DNA from: Tubulanus polymorphus
Lineage: Eukaryota > Animalia > Nemertea
Reading direction: 5' to 3'
Length of the DNA stretch: 64,000 bases
Assembly: GCF_964204645.1 (NCBI RefSeq)
Contig: NC_134034.1
Location: forward strand, 5,802,914 to 5,866,913
Shown: in pieces, positions 25,256 to 37,441 of the stretch
How the letters are laid out: each line of letters opens with the position of its first letter
How positions within the stretch are numbered: position 1 is the stretch's first letter
Program-made: the position numbers and the translations under genes
The notes under the pieces: generated by a model
Databases searched by the model: none
Told to the model about the DNA's origin: nothing
What the model saw: only the letters and a program-made list of their open reading frames with translations

Positions 25256-25449
25256 TATGAGAACTACTGACAATGTCAATTAAACATTAAGCTTTCAATT
25301 TAATGACCTTATTTATTTTTCATTGGGCTTAATAAATAACAGCCAGTGGCTCTTAAACCTGTCATAAACATATAAATTGAGAGATATTTTATAAAGGATT
25401 TAACTTAGTTTAGTTTGCTTGCACGATATCGCTTTAACCCTAAAATTGA

Positions 25450-25920
25450 TCATTCAACGCTTTACGTCAATATACATAGGATAACACCCTAGCTCTGCCA
25501 GCACTTGCCCATAATGGGAATATTTCGTAACTTTCATAATAATTTTACAGAATAAGCAGTGGGGGTTTTCTAATAAATCGAGATTCTCATAACCCCAGAT
25601 TTCGCAGTCGTATAGAGCTACAGGAGCGACACACATGTCAAGTAGTTTAAGCATTACATCTATCGAAAGTTTCAAACGTCTACCCTTCTGAATAATAGAA
25701 AACATGGCTCTCATAGCTTTATCATAAAGATTTTTTTTTGCTTCTGCCATTCCAGTTGAATTTTACTCAAAGATACAAATAATCTTCAACTACCTCTAAC
25801 TCTTGGTTACCAATCATAAATTTCTAAACTTGCTTGATCCTACTTTTACTTCTAGCGAAGACTAATATTTTAGTTTTATCAACATTCACTAAAAGGCCAT
25901 TGTCGGCGCAATATTCAAAT
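25450..25920 (-). mobile_element. LINE ORF2 fragment (RTE-X-like), copy A
   Basis: DKAMRAMF...CEIWGYENL...FCKIIMKV...ELG motif, homologous to 28710-28982. Confidence 0.7.
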
Positions 25921-25929
25921 AATAAAATA

Positions 25930-28900
25930 GTAAAAACAAGAAAACAGAGGTACACATAGAATAGAATAATGTTAGAGATAACATATGTATACGTGAATTT
26001 TACTTAAGTAGCTTGAGACCAGCATTTACCAATCTAGCGAGTTTAATTAATATATTGTTATTTACAGCATTAAGTAATTGTGACATTTTATAAGTGTTGG
26101 GTATATTTACATAAAATGGTGTTAGGAAAGCTCTTCGTATATTGTTTAGTTTGGAATATTCAAAAAGAAAATGGAAATTATCGCTATAAATGTATTCACT
26201 GCTATAAAATTAGGAAGAAAAAATTATAGTAGAGAAAACTACGAAAGCTTAAGACAATTCCTCAGGAATAATTTACTGGAGAATGACCTGGCTGAAATGA
26301 GTCTGGATGAATGCTGAGACCATATAAAAGAGAAAATAAAATGCGCAGAGGCAGAGCAAATCCTTCAATACCACGCACCTCGCTGGAAACAACATTCTCC
26401 ACCATGGATGACTCGCAACGCGATGCGTAAAGTCAAGAAAAAACACGCGGCATGGAAAAGGTATCTCGAACATAAAACCCCTGAAAATTAGAGAAATTAC
26501 CAAATAGCCAATAATGCAGCAAAAAGCGAAACCAGAAAGACTGTCAGAGAGTACGAAAAGAACCTGTCACATGAAGTGAAAACAAACCCAAAGGCTTTCT
26601 GGAGGTATTGCAAAAGCAAAACTAGTGTCAGAAGTAGAATCTCGACCTACAGATACAAAACGCGGAACTGATAACTGACAACAAGCAAAAAGCAGACTCT
26701 TTCAACAAGTACTTTGCGGATGTATTCAATATTGAAGATGTAAACAACATCCCTGATCCAATCATTACAAGGGAAATGCCTGACGTGTATAGCATGCAAG
26801 ATTTTAGAATCAATCGTCAGAGATCAAATCATGTCCAACCTTGTAAAACGTGATTTGATCTCAGAATCTCAGCATGGTTTTGTTCAAGGTAGATCAACTA
26901 CAACACATCTATTACAGACTCTTGAAGACTGGACAAAATCCAATGACCAAGACATGGCCGTCGATGTGATTTTCTTAGATTTTCAGAAGGCATTTGACAA
27001 AGTACCACACTTTAGACTAATGAAAAAATTAAAAGCTAACGGTATCAGCAGAAAACCTTACACATGGATTAATGACTTCCTGAAAGACAGAAAACAATCA
27101 TTCAACATTGAGGGCTCACTTTCAGACTGGGAGCGAGTAACAAGTGGAGTGCCACAAGGTAGTGTACTCGGACCGCTCCTATTTGCGATTTATATCAACG
27201 ACCTACCCGAGGGAATAAGGAGCAAAATAATGATGTACGCAGATGATACAAGATATACGGAACGATAAAAACACGCAATGATGCCCTGGAACTCCTAGAC
27301 GATTTGAGCAGGCTCTGCAATTGGTCAGAGAAATGGTTAATGCACTTCCATCCTGACAAATGCGTAGTAATGCATATCGGGAAGAAAAACAACCGTCACA
27401 ACTACAGCATGATAATCGACAACACCAACCACCAGCTCAGAGCAGTAACCGAAGAAAAAGACTTAGGCGTGACAATCGACGAAATGTTAAAATTTCAAGC
27501 ACAGCATACCTCAGTTGTAAACAGAGGACATAGAATGACTGGAGTTATCAAGAGATCCTTTGAGCACCTTGATAAAAAAACGTTTAACCTTCTGTACAAA
27601 GCACTTGTTCGTCCAATATTGGAGTATACGATTCCAGCCTATAGTCCCTACCAGAAGAAAGACATGGATTCCTACGAAAAAGTCCAAAGAAGAGCAACAA
27701 AGTTAGTCCCTACTCTAAAAGACTCATCATATCAACAACGGATGCTGCAACTCAAACTACCATCGCTGAGTTACAGACGTTCACGTGGTGACATGATCAC
27801 CGTCTACAACTGCCTACACGGGAACTACCGTATCAACTCCGAGCGTCTAATACCACAGAACCACTGAAGCTGGCAAAATCCCGATCAGGGAAAAACATCC
27901 GGAAGAACTTTTTCAGTCAACGTGTTGTAAATATGGAATAGCCTAACAGAAGATATAGTTAATGCACCCAGCATTGACAGTTTCAAAGCGCGACTCGATA
28001 ACTTCTGGCAACACAAACAGTACGAACAACGACCACAGTACCAGAATCCAGGCTTTAAAAAACTGTATTCCACAGCTGGTTTCAAACCTAGCAACAATCA
28101 ACAAGCGACACAACGAGACAACCTAGAAATAGGCATATAATGCCTCCCGTTGGTTGTAACCGATACGATACGATACGATATCGCCGATTTTGTTAAGACT
28201 ACATATGTACAAATACGTTCGTTTCTATCAATATTTACATTGCTAAGTTTGATGGCATCTAATTTACGGCTACCGATCCGAAATTCAGCGAGACTATACA
28301 TGAGGTGGTTTGGTACAACGGGTAAATAGATTTCATAATCATATTTAAGTTTAAGGATGCTATAATTTACGCATATCTCACTATTTTGCAATTTTTCCCT
28401 CCATGTCTGAATGTCTATCTTTTAGAGATTGTTTTATGGCATTTATCGACCGTAGATCGATTACCTGGTCTTGCCACACATAGTTCAGTCCCACAATTTT
28501 GTATAATTTCCTTAATTTGGCAAATCCAATCAAATACATATAAATCTTTTTGTATAAGTCGTACAAAATATTATACATTACTAGATTCAGCTTTGACTAG
28601 TTAGCATTCAAAGTTTTGTTCCAATATTTAATCATTCTAAGTTTAATAGTAGTCGATAAAGGTAAGCTGCCAGTCTCGCCATATATTATAGTATTATGGC
28701 AAAATTTTGTTACTTTAGAACTAATTTACAAAACCTTGTGTGGACTTTTTCTAGGATATCGATATTTTCATGGCCCCATATTTCGCACCCGAACAACAAA
28801 ATTGGTGTCACACAACAGTCAAATAATTTAAAAAGTAAGTCTGGAGGAAGATTACATCTTCTGCCTTTTTGAATAATAGCAAACATTCCTCGAGCAGCTT

Positions 28901-29240
28901 TGTCGTGAATTGCTTTTTTTCGCTTTTGTAAATTTTCCATCCCAATTAAACAAAATTCTAAGATAGGCCTAATTGTACTCATCTACTCTTTCCAATGTCT
29001 CATCACCGAATAGAAAATCGGGAAGGTTTTTTAATCTTTGCTTCGATCTTGTGAAAATCATTATTTTCGTTTTATCAATGTTAACAAATAACTTGTTTAC
29101 TTGGCAATAATCAAAGAGTATGTTTAAATTGTTTTTTAATTCAGATTCTGGTTCTGCAAATAAAATTGTGTCGTCTGCATATAATAATACAAATAATTTC
29201 GGTAATATCTCATCAATTTCTTCTTCATAACTTTTTTTGT
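25930..29240 (-). mobile_element. RTE-X-like LINE, copy B (5'-truncated), split by a CR1 insertion
   Basis: LLYADDT (28969-29325), GCEIWG (28710-28982) and RNERICT..IGD (~28180-28225), continuing as DNFHFLFE at <=26184. Confidence 0.75.
26185..28178 (+). mobile_element. CR1-clade LINE ORF2 remnant (internal deletion, frameshifts) with a (CGATA)n tail
   Basis: [67 protein letters not shown] is duplicated at 26179-26184 and 28179-28184. Confidence 0.92.
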
Positions 29241-30886
29241 ATAGGTTGCTACTGTCTGTCACACCTGCTCTCCGTGCGACGTTTTGGTGCGTAATTTCGT
29301 TAATAATCGGTTTATCTACCTTCATTACGTATCAATTTGTTCAGTGAGGAATTTGCATTCAGAAATAAACAACAATTTTTACTAAAGTTGTTTTTGTTTT
29401 CATGTGTGAGCGATTTACTCAACATACTCTCGCGTATGGGCGGCTATCCCCGCCAAAAAGACAAACTTGCTTTGTTCGTGAAAATGACATCGATGCGTGA
29501 AAATGTCAGTAGGTGGCGCTGATAGATAAAATAAAATTAATTGAAATTGAATCAAGGTCGCGTGGAAGTTCGTGCTGTATCGAATATCGTGCTCGCCTAA
29601 TCTATTCTAGTCCTCAGTATCGTGCTCGCCGAATATACGTAGTAGTATCTGTATCTGTATCTGACTGTATTCATAATTTCAATTAATTTTATTTTATCCA
29701 TTAAAAGTAATTAATTTCCGGATTACAACTATACCCTAGTATTGCCACCTACAGATATTTTTATGCATCGATGTCTTTTTTACGAAAGCACGAGTTTATC
29801 TTTTTGATAAACAGCGCCACCTGTTACCCTCCATTACTGCTTGGTGTTCAGGAGCCAGGGTTCCGGTTACTCACTGCCTGCAGACAAAATAACTATGTTC
29901 ACCGCCCGCCGTAGACCGCCGGCTTTTCTGCATCAGAAATCAAAATCTAGTTCTTGAATCCCAAACAACCCGGGAACCCGTACATCGCCCTGGTCTCCAG
30001 ATTAAGAACTCCCGTGCTCTCTCTCAAGGTTTTAAATCCGCGGCTAAATTCCATCCCTATCGAGCTACCGGGGCAGACTGGTGAGTCCACTAGACCAGCT
30101 GTTGAGAGTCGAGACTGGCCAGTTTTCGCTAACCGTCAGGGCAGTATGCAGCACTGTCTTTCTGAAGCCATAGTCTGGGGTTCTCCCCTGAAAATTTGTT
30201 CAATTTAGGTACTTGTGTATTCTGAGGGCTTTTTGGCTATCTTTCTTTTCTGACATCTTTCATGAAAAGGACCAATGGCTGAATCGGCTGAATAACTTTC
30301 ATAATCGGAGAATCCAATTTATGATCATTTTTATCAATTATCATGGCCAGTTTTAAAACTGTTTATTGACAAAACTACAGGAACCACATGAATAATAAGT
30401 CTTCAGCAAAACACAACAGCTCATACATTTGTAAAGATAAGAGATCCATGGAACTATCAAGAAACATTTTTTTAGATAGGGACTTAGCGGAACACCGGAA
30501 CGTTGCTTGTATGGTGCGTTTGCACCCGTCGCAAAAACGTCGTGATAAACGAAATCAGCTGGACTAGGGCCAGGAGCTGAGAGTGATACAATGGAACTCC
30601 ATTCTGATATTAAATGAATAATTCATTCAATAAATTTATGTTATCTTTAGTATTTTTAATTCATGTTCACACTGCGGTGGCGCTAGCGGACGGACACCCG
30701 TACTGTAAAACAAGTCGTATCTCGTATGTCATATGTCGTATCTCGTATGTTGCATCTCATATGTTATATCTCATATCTCCTATGTCGTCTGAGGTCTTCC
30801 ACGGTGTTAAAAGAGACCTTTTATACCTAAAGCCATCTACGATTACGATTACGATTACGATTTTATTTACACTTCCACATTTCCAT

Positions 30887-30898
30887 GGTGTGTGTGTG

Positions 30899-30942
<44 letters not shown>

Positions 30943-30977
30943 TATGTATGTATGTATGTATATACGTATGTATGTAC
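30887..30977. repeat. Compound microsatellite (GT)n(GCGT)n(GTAT)n
   Basis: Directly visible. Confidence 0.95.
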
Positions 30978-31089
30978 GATATTTCTATTTACATTTGGAT
31001 TACTGTCACATAAATTTACACTAACATAACAACAACTTCGAGATACAAGGACAGTCCGGTCTACGAATTGTACGCATAGTCCCTCCGCT

Positions 31090-33700
31090 GGTTCCTAGTG
31101 GCTGTCCATCGGTACGCGGTCACGGTTTTCGCGGATAACGAGTTTGTCCCGTACAAAGAAAGCTTGTTTTCCGTTCGCTTTCTCGGCTCTCAGCTCGGAG
31201 AGCTTTTCGCGTCGTCTCGCCGCCCATTCCTCAGGCACCTGTTCATTCTTTTAAGACGAGCCCGCGAGATTTTTCGCAATTGAACGTACCAGTTCACGAT
31301 CTTTGAAGAACTCGAATTTCGCAACGATTGGGCGCGGTTTTTTCTGGTCGATTTTCTTTCGTCCAAGGCGATGTGTTCTCGCGAATTTGAATGAGTCCAC
31401 GGTCGTCTTCGGTAACTAAAGCCTTTAATTAAGTCCTCGGTATTCTCATTTTCGAATTCCTTGACGCCGTAGAAGATCAAGTTATCGCGCATGCTATGCC
31501 ATTGCTGATCTAGGAGTAGTTCATGGTCCGATTTGATAATAAGCCTTTTTACAGTTTCCAGGCGCCATTTTTTGGGTACCCGCCAGGTCCGCATTGTTGA
31601 ATTTTTTGTCCCTATTTTTTCCCCGTTTAATATTTCTATTTCGTTCATATCTCTGGATTGGACAAAGATAGAAACAAAGTGAAAATATCGATGAACTCGG
31701 CTGATAATAAACTTTTTTTATGATATCACTCATTTGTTAAGTTAATGCAACAATGCGCACTGGTGAAGTTATAAACATTGATATCGTCTTCCCGATAATT
31801 CAACTTAAATTATTGCTCATCTCATTCAAAAGTTCGTAATTCTTACAAATTTTAATCTACATTTTTGAAGTTTTCAGGATCAATAGCCATCTATATGTGG
31901 TCCTATATACCTTTTACCGTTTTCAATTATCCGTATTAGTTTTTAAGTAGTTGCGAGCCAAACTTCCAAAACACGTTTTCCCTGGTCCCCTGCGTGCATC
32001 TATATATCAGGAAATTTCACAATTTCACCGGTCCCTACTTTGTTGAAAATCAATTTTTTAAGTAACCAGGGAAATAAGGGCACCTAGGTTTTTGAAAAAT
32101 GGTAATTAAAGATATATATTCTCTAGGATTTGTCAAAATAAACGAAATAACCCAGGTGTTGCTTTAACCAGCTATCTAGGTTCACAACAGAAATTATCAT
32201 TTTGTCCAACGTGTTTCGTTCGATTCCAAAACTGCACGTACGGGTATACGATTGCAAATGTGAAAGTCAGACATTATGTGGCACATGTATGAGAACCACA
32301 GTCTCAATGCTGCGTCGTATTGCCGTCGCAATTTTACATGGCTACTTACGTGAAGTGGGCTAATACAGACCTTGAATACAGACCTTGAGAATGTGCCAAA
32401 TCTCAAAACAACTATCAAACGCACGAGATCAATTTTGACAGAAAGTAAACGAATGTTATGTTCCTCAATATATACTAATATATTCCAAAGTTCCAATCTT
32501 TCCAACACAATCGACTAAGCCTAATATATTCAAATTCAATTTGAGACACCTGCCAGCTCGTGTCCACGATCAGTAATAAAGATCGAACATCGAACATTCT
32601 CAAAAAAGCAAACCCGATCCAACGGTTTGCAAGCGTCAAGTTTGACACAGCCATGGCTGTCTCCATTTGCGTGGAGCTGCTGCTGAAAATTCAAATCGGG
32701 TACCAGTATTTAACCGAGGAGCGAGTGCTCGCCATTACACCATGGTATTTCTGATGGTTAACTTTTGAGCAACTTGCTCCAGAATCACCTGCCAACGGCC
32801 ATATTTCCTTGATGCAATATACTGTGAAACAATATAATATTGACGGGAGATCAATGAAACTTAAATGCCTGACACTAGAAGACTTATTTCGACTTTTTTG
32901 ACTATCTTAGATGATTGGGAGAGGGGTCCAAAAATAAGGACAATTTCCGTATATTAAGGCTGCGGGTAGGGTGCTCCTCGGTGTTGAAACAAATACATCC
33001 AAAACAATTTAATTTGCAGGAGGATGAGTGTCAGATTTGTAGGTTTTATGCGATCACTGTCTTGACAAAGATGGTAACCTTAATGGGAAGGAGCAGGGGT
33101 CCGGACTACCGACCCTCCAAACCCGTAGTCTGTCCCTGTGTTACTAGAAATATATCTCTATTTACCATTTTAACTAGGTGCCCTTGTTTCCATAGTTACT
33201 GAAAATTTTGATTTTAACAAAGTAGGACCGGTTGAATTGTCAAATTTCTTGATATAAATATGCAAATCACATATAGATGGCTATGATCCTGAAAACTTCA
33301 AAAATGTAGATTAAAATTTGTAAGAATTACGAACTTTTGAATGAGATGAGCAATAATTCAAGTTAAATTATCGGGAAGACGATATCAATGTTTATAACTT
33401 CACCGGTGCGCATTGTTGCATTAACTTAACAAATGAGTGATATCATAAAAAAGTTTATTATCAGCCGAGTTCATCGATATTTTTACCTTGTTTCTATCTT
33501 AATCAAATCCAGAGATATGAACGAAATAATAGAATTAAACCGGAGAAAAATAGGGACAAAAATTTCAACAATGCGGACCCGGCGGGTACCCCAAAAATGG
33601 CGCCTGGAAACTGTAAAAAGGCTTATTGCGTCCTGATCAGCGACAACTTTCTCTAAATCGCGAACTTTGCTTCTAAGTTGTTCGTCTTCTGCTTCTTGTT
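31090..33700 (-). pseudogene. LINE ORF1 (coiled-coil/RRM type) remnant split by a long-TIR element
   Basis: SMRDNLIFYGVKE..ENTE, then after a frameshift HRLG..KPRPIVAKFEFFKDRE (31090-31540). A coiled-coil-like part resumes after 33626. Confidence 0.65.
31542..33623. mobile_element. ~2.1-kb non-autonomous DNA transposon with 350-550-bp TIRs
   Basis: Ends AGCCTTTTTACAGTTTCCAGGCGCC / GGCGCCTGGAAACTGTAAAAAGGCT, flanked by TA. Arms are near-identical for ~350 bp and partly similar to ~32090/33170. Confidence 0.85.
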
Positions 33701-33946
33701 AGGGGGTGAAACACTTTGTCTTCCCGCCATTTCTCCAGGTCTCACCGAATGTCAAACACAGATTTTGTGGTTGAAAAAGAAATAAAAATCGGTTAAGTTT
33801 CAATAGGCTTATATAGAAACGGGATTTACTTGCTGCAAAGAATAACTTACCTAAGTAGGCCCTACGCACGTTAGTTCGTTTGTTATCAACCGGTTCAATT
33901 AGTGTTTGTCGACTATGCAATGTTTATTCGTTTGATGTAAACTAGC

Positions 33947-34200
33947 ACGATTACGATTACGATTACGATTTATTTACACTCCAACCATTACCGGTACCAT
34001 GTCCATGGTATATGGAGGAAAACTATTACCCATGTATACAAATATTTACAAAACAACACTGAAGTGATTGAAATTTAGAGAATGAAAACGTAACAAAATA
34101 TATATACATCAATTATTTACAATACCATATATACTATTGGAGGGATAGACATCTAAGCCGGTCTTAATGACCTAATGAATTTGGCTAAGTTGATTAGCAA
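33947..34200 (-). mobile_element. 5'-truncated LINE 3' end with an (AATCGT)n tail
   Basis: (ACGATT)4 on the + strand, with minus-strand C-terminal LINLAKFIRS. The same tail occurs at 30838-30862. Confidence 0.5.
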
Positions 34201-34892
34201 AAGCAGTGCCACTCGCGATCCTGGCGGGTTATAGCTGAAACCTCACTTCCCTCTGTAGCGTTGCCATCGGAGCCACCCCTAATTCACCAAAATTCGAAAG
34301 AGTCCGCGGTTAGATAGTATTTCGGTGTAGTCGGCTGTTAAAGCAGGACTTGTTATCTCACTGGAATTGGAAACAACATCTTCATTTCTGCAGGTATTTG
34401 GAGTTTTATTGCCCATAGCTGCGTACTAGGGCTAAAGTTTTTATAATCTGATGGGCTATAGGACCTGGGTGTCGGGTCAAAACGTTTTTGCAATCGCATG
34501 CCTACCCCCAGGGGCCCAGGGCCCGGTGAAAACGTCCTCGTTGTCAGTCAAAACGTCCTCATTTTCGTCGGTCAAAACGTCGTCACTCACGCCAGAATAA
34601 CTTTAGCGTACAATAAATTCTGTTAATGCATATAGGGCGCATAGGTTGATTACTACTGTTAAATCGCGTTATGGCGAGTTAGGCCTAGGCCTAAGCTGAA
34701 TAGGCTTATATGACCTTTTATGTATAGATGGCGTATGAGGCATCGATCAATATTTACAAAAACAGAAATTAAAAGTATTTGAAACATAGGACAAACGTTA
34801 TTTACAACGCTCAGGCTATTTTTACGAGGCCGTAAACAGACGACACTTACGACGATTCATTCTGATTGGCTAATTCAGGTTGCGCATGCGCA

Positions 34893-35440
34893 CTAATGTC
34901 TATTTATTAATTGATGAGACCTGTTTTTCTTGGATATTTTGCTTACTTTTTGGGGTACATACCTCATTTATGTCTTAACAGAATGCCAAAAGTCGCGGAC
35001 AACAACTGAATATCCGATATATTTCCAGTTCTGTACCGATTAGATGGATTGGCAAAAAGACTCCTTAAGTCCAATTGAATGAGAGAGAAAATCCTCCATT
35101 TTGTGAAATTTCTTGAATTTTTACATTGTCACCATGCCTACGAAATGAAGTTATTTTTCTTGTGGGGTCTCAACAACTAAATCAGGGTGGCGTAGGCATG
35201 GTAACAATGTTCAAATCCAAGAAATTTGACAAAATGGAGGATTTTCTCTCTCATTAAACTGGACTTAAGGAGTCTTTTTGCCAATCCATCTAATTGGTAC
35301 AGAACTGGAAATATATCAGATATTCAGTTGTTGTCCGCGATTTTTGGCATTCTGTTAAGACATAAATGAGGTATGTACCCCAAAAAGTAAGCAAAATATC
35401 CCAGAAAAACAGGTCTCATCAATTAATAAATAGACATTAG
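34893..35440. mobile_element. Near-perfect ~550-bp palindromic MITE
   Basis: 250-bp arms at 34893-35142 and 35191-35440, with a 48-bp loop. Confidence 0.85.
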
Positions 35441-35479
35441 GGTGCGTGACTTAGAAAATTCAAGGCAAGTGTGTAGAAT

Positions 35480-36293
35480 CACAGGAGTTTGGCGATGGGC
35501 TTGGATTTTATTTCCGGGTTGTTGATAATCTCGCGAGAATGGCGCTAAATATGAACTGCGAATAAATTCAAAATATCACGGAAATACCTTGTGTTTATAT
35601 TGTTTATTTATCCGCTATTAAGTTTCGATAAACAATTGGTCATTAAGTCTTTTAAGAATCATTATCAGACGGTCGTCACGCTTTACTTTATAAAATAACA
35701 AGGGTTACAAGGGAGGAAACTCAGTTCAAGTCGTGCCAGCCAGAAAGTTTGGACAGTCACGTGACTTAACGCTTCTTATTTGACTGAATGCGAACCTGAA
35801 GCATCTAAGATGGAAACTATGATACGAAAAATATTTGAGAATAACTTACATTCAAATGCATTTTTTGACTATGAATTATATATTTCATCATAATTTATTC
35901 TTTATAAGTTATTTATTTCATATGAATCATAATCTGACAATTGATATCAGTCAGTGAATATGTTAACTTTTCATGTTGAAGTTTTAAATGCGATGACGTC
36001 ATCAGAATGTCACGTGACTGTCCCAACTTTCTGGCTGAAAATTTAAGTACAGCGGAGGCCTGGCGTTTCATCCCTTGTTATTTTATATAGTAAAGCGTGA
36101 CGACCGTCTGATAATGGTTCTTAACGACCAATTGTTTATCGAAACTTACTAGGCCTAGTGGATGAATAAACAATATAAACACAAGGTATTTCCGTGATAT
36201 TTTGAATTTATTCGCACTTCATATTTAGCGCCATTCTCGCGAGATTATCAACAACCCGGAAATAAAATCCAAGCCCATCGCCAAACCCCTGTG
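35480..36293. mobile_element. Palindromic MITE with CACAGG termini and a probable 8-bp TSD (P- or hAT-type)
   Basis: CACAGGAGTTTGGCGATGGGCTTGG / CCAAGCCCATCGCCAAACCCCTGTG. Flanks TGTAGAAT and TGGAGAAT match at 7/8. Confidence 0.75.
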
Positions 36294-36319
36294 TGGAGAA
36301 TCGAGAGAAAATAGAGCGG

Positions 36320-36390
36320 ATCGAGCGAGACTCGAACCCGGGCAAGTAGCCCTACTAGCGCAGCATAATACCACTAAACCACCGAGCTCG
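36320..36390 (-). pseudogene. tRNA-like fragment (tRNA pseudogene or SINE head)
   Basis: A-box TGGTTTAGTGG and B-box GGTTCGAGTC on the minus strand. The cloverleaf is not intact. Confidence 0.4.
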
Positions 36391-36973
36391 TTGGAAACCG
36401 GTCGAATGTTTTAACTAAATATAGCCTCACCTTACCCTAATCCTATCCCTAGGAGGTAAAACGGACTCTAACCCTAACCCTAATCCTCTCCTCTCTAGAC
36501 CATAATCCTAAATTCAATATAAAACCGTCGTAAATATAGAATTTACGACCGCTTTACGACGCCGTAAATATAGCCACTTTGTATTTACAACATACTAATT
36601 ACATTCTATCGGAGGGGGGACCTAAATATATCTAAAAAAAGTTCACATTTTAAAACATCAAGGTTCCTTAAGGTGACATCTATCGTGAGGTGCTGTCCTC
36701 TCTCAACTACCGTTGATTGAGTGTGGAGAGGACATAGGTCCCTTATACAGATGAGGACGTTTTGACAGAGGACATTTTGACCGGAGGATGTTTTGGAAGA
36801 GGACGTTTTGACATGACGTTTTGACCGTAATTCCCTACCTGATACCAATTCAATTCAAAATGTATTGACTCTTACACTACAAGTCAATTAACTTTTATTT
36901 TAAAAGGCATCGAAATACATACATACTGAATAATGGACAGATAGACAATAGAAAATAGAATTTTAGTCAAGTG

Positions 36974-37311
36974 CATCCTCCCTCTGCAGGGACTCGAACC
37001 TGATGGCATCGCTACACTCAGCCATGGCACGAACCCCTGCATCAGTAGACCGGGTGCGCAGGTAAATGCGCAGCTTTCCGAACGAAAACTGGCGGCACCA
37101 ATCAGATTGCTCGTTGTATAATCGTTGAGGCAAATTTCAAGGAATAACTATAAATGGGAAAACCCGGGCTAAAATAAAACAGGATTTCTGATTGGCTAAA
37201 AATCACATCATCTGAACTGCGCTTGTATTGCGCACACGGTCGATTATGGCAGGGTTTCGTGCCGTGGCAATCTCGATGCCATCGGGTTCGAATCCCTGCC
37301 GGGGGAGGATG
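36974..37311. mobile_element. MITE with 9-bp TSD and B-box-bearing TIRs (long copy)
   Basis: TSD AGTCAAGTG at 36965-36973 and 37312-37320. Ends CATCCTCCC / GGGAGGATG. Confidence 0.85.
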
Positions 37312-37337
37312 AGTCAAGTGAAATGCACCAAGAAGTA

Positions 37338-37441
37338 TAGTCTGCAAAAATGACCTTCCCATTCCTGTCTGTGGGTTAGTTTCACGATCGGATATTTTCA
37401 CAAACCACAGTCAGGAATGGGAAGGTCAGTTTTGCAGGCAA
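37338..37441. mobile_element. ~100-bp hairpin mini-element (Academ-like TAGTC end); related core at ~45135-45180
   Basis: CTGCAAAAATGACCTTCCCATTCCTG / CAGGAATGGGAAGGTCAGTTTTGCAG. Confidence 0.55.

Larger units (their letters stand above)
34467..36835. mobile_element. Non-autonomous DNA element with GTCAAAACGTCCTC subterminal repeats, carrying two nested palindromic MITEs
   Basis: GTCAAAACGTCCTC-type repeats at 34476-34585 and inverted GAGGACGTTTTGAC repeats at 36753-36827. No clean TSD. Confidence 0.55.

Noticed and set aside
30614-31024. 136-aa ORF with CVCV/RACV repeats
   Set aside because: Translation of a microsatellite.
31521-33636. Paired ORFs MSDIIKK on opposite strands
   Set aside because: Mirror images in the two TIRs, with frameshift differences.
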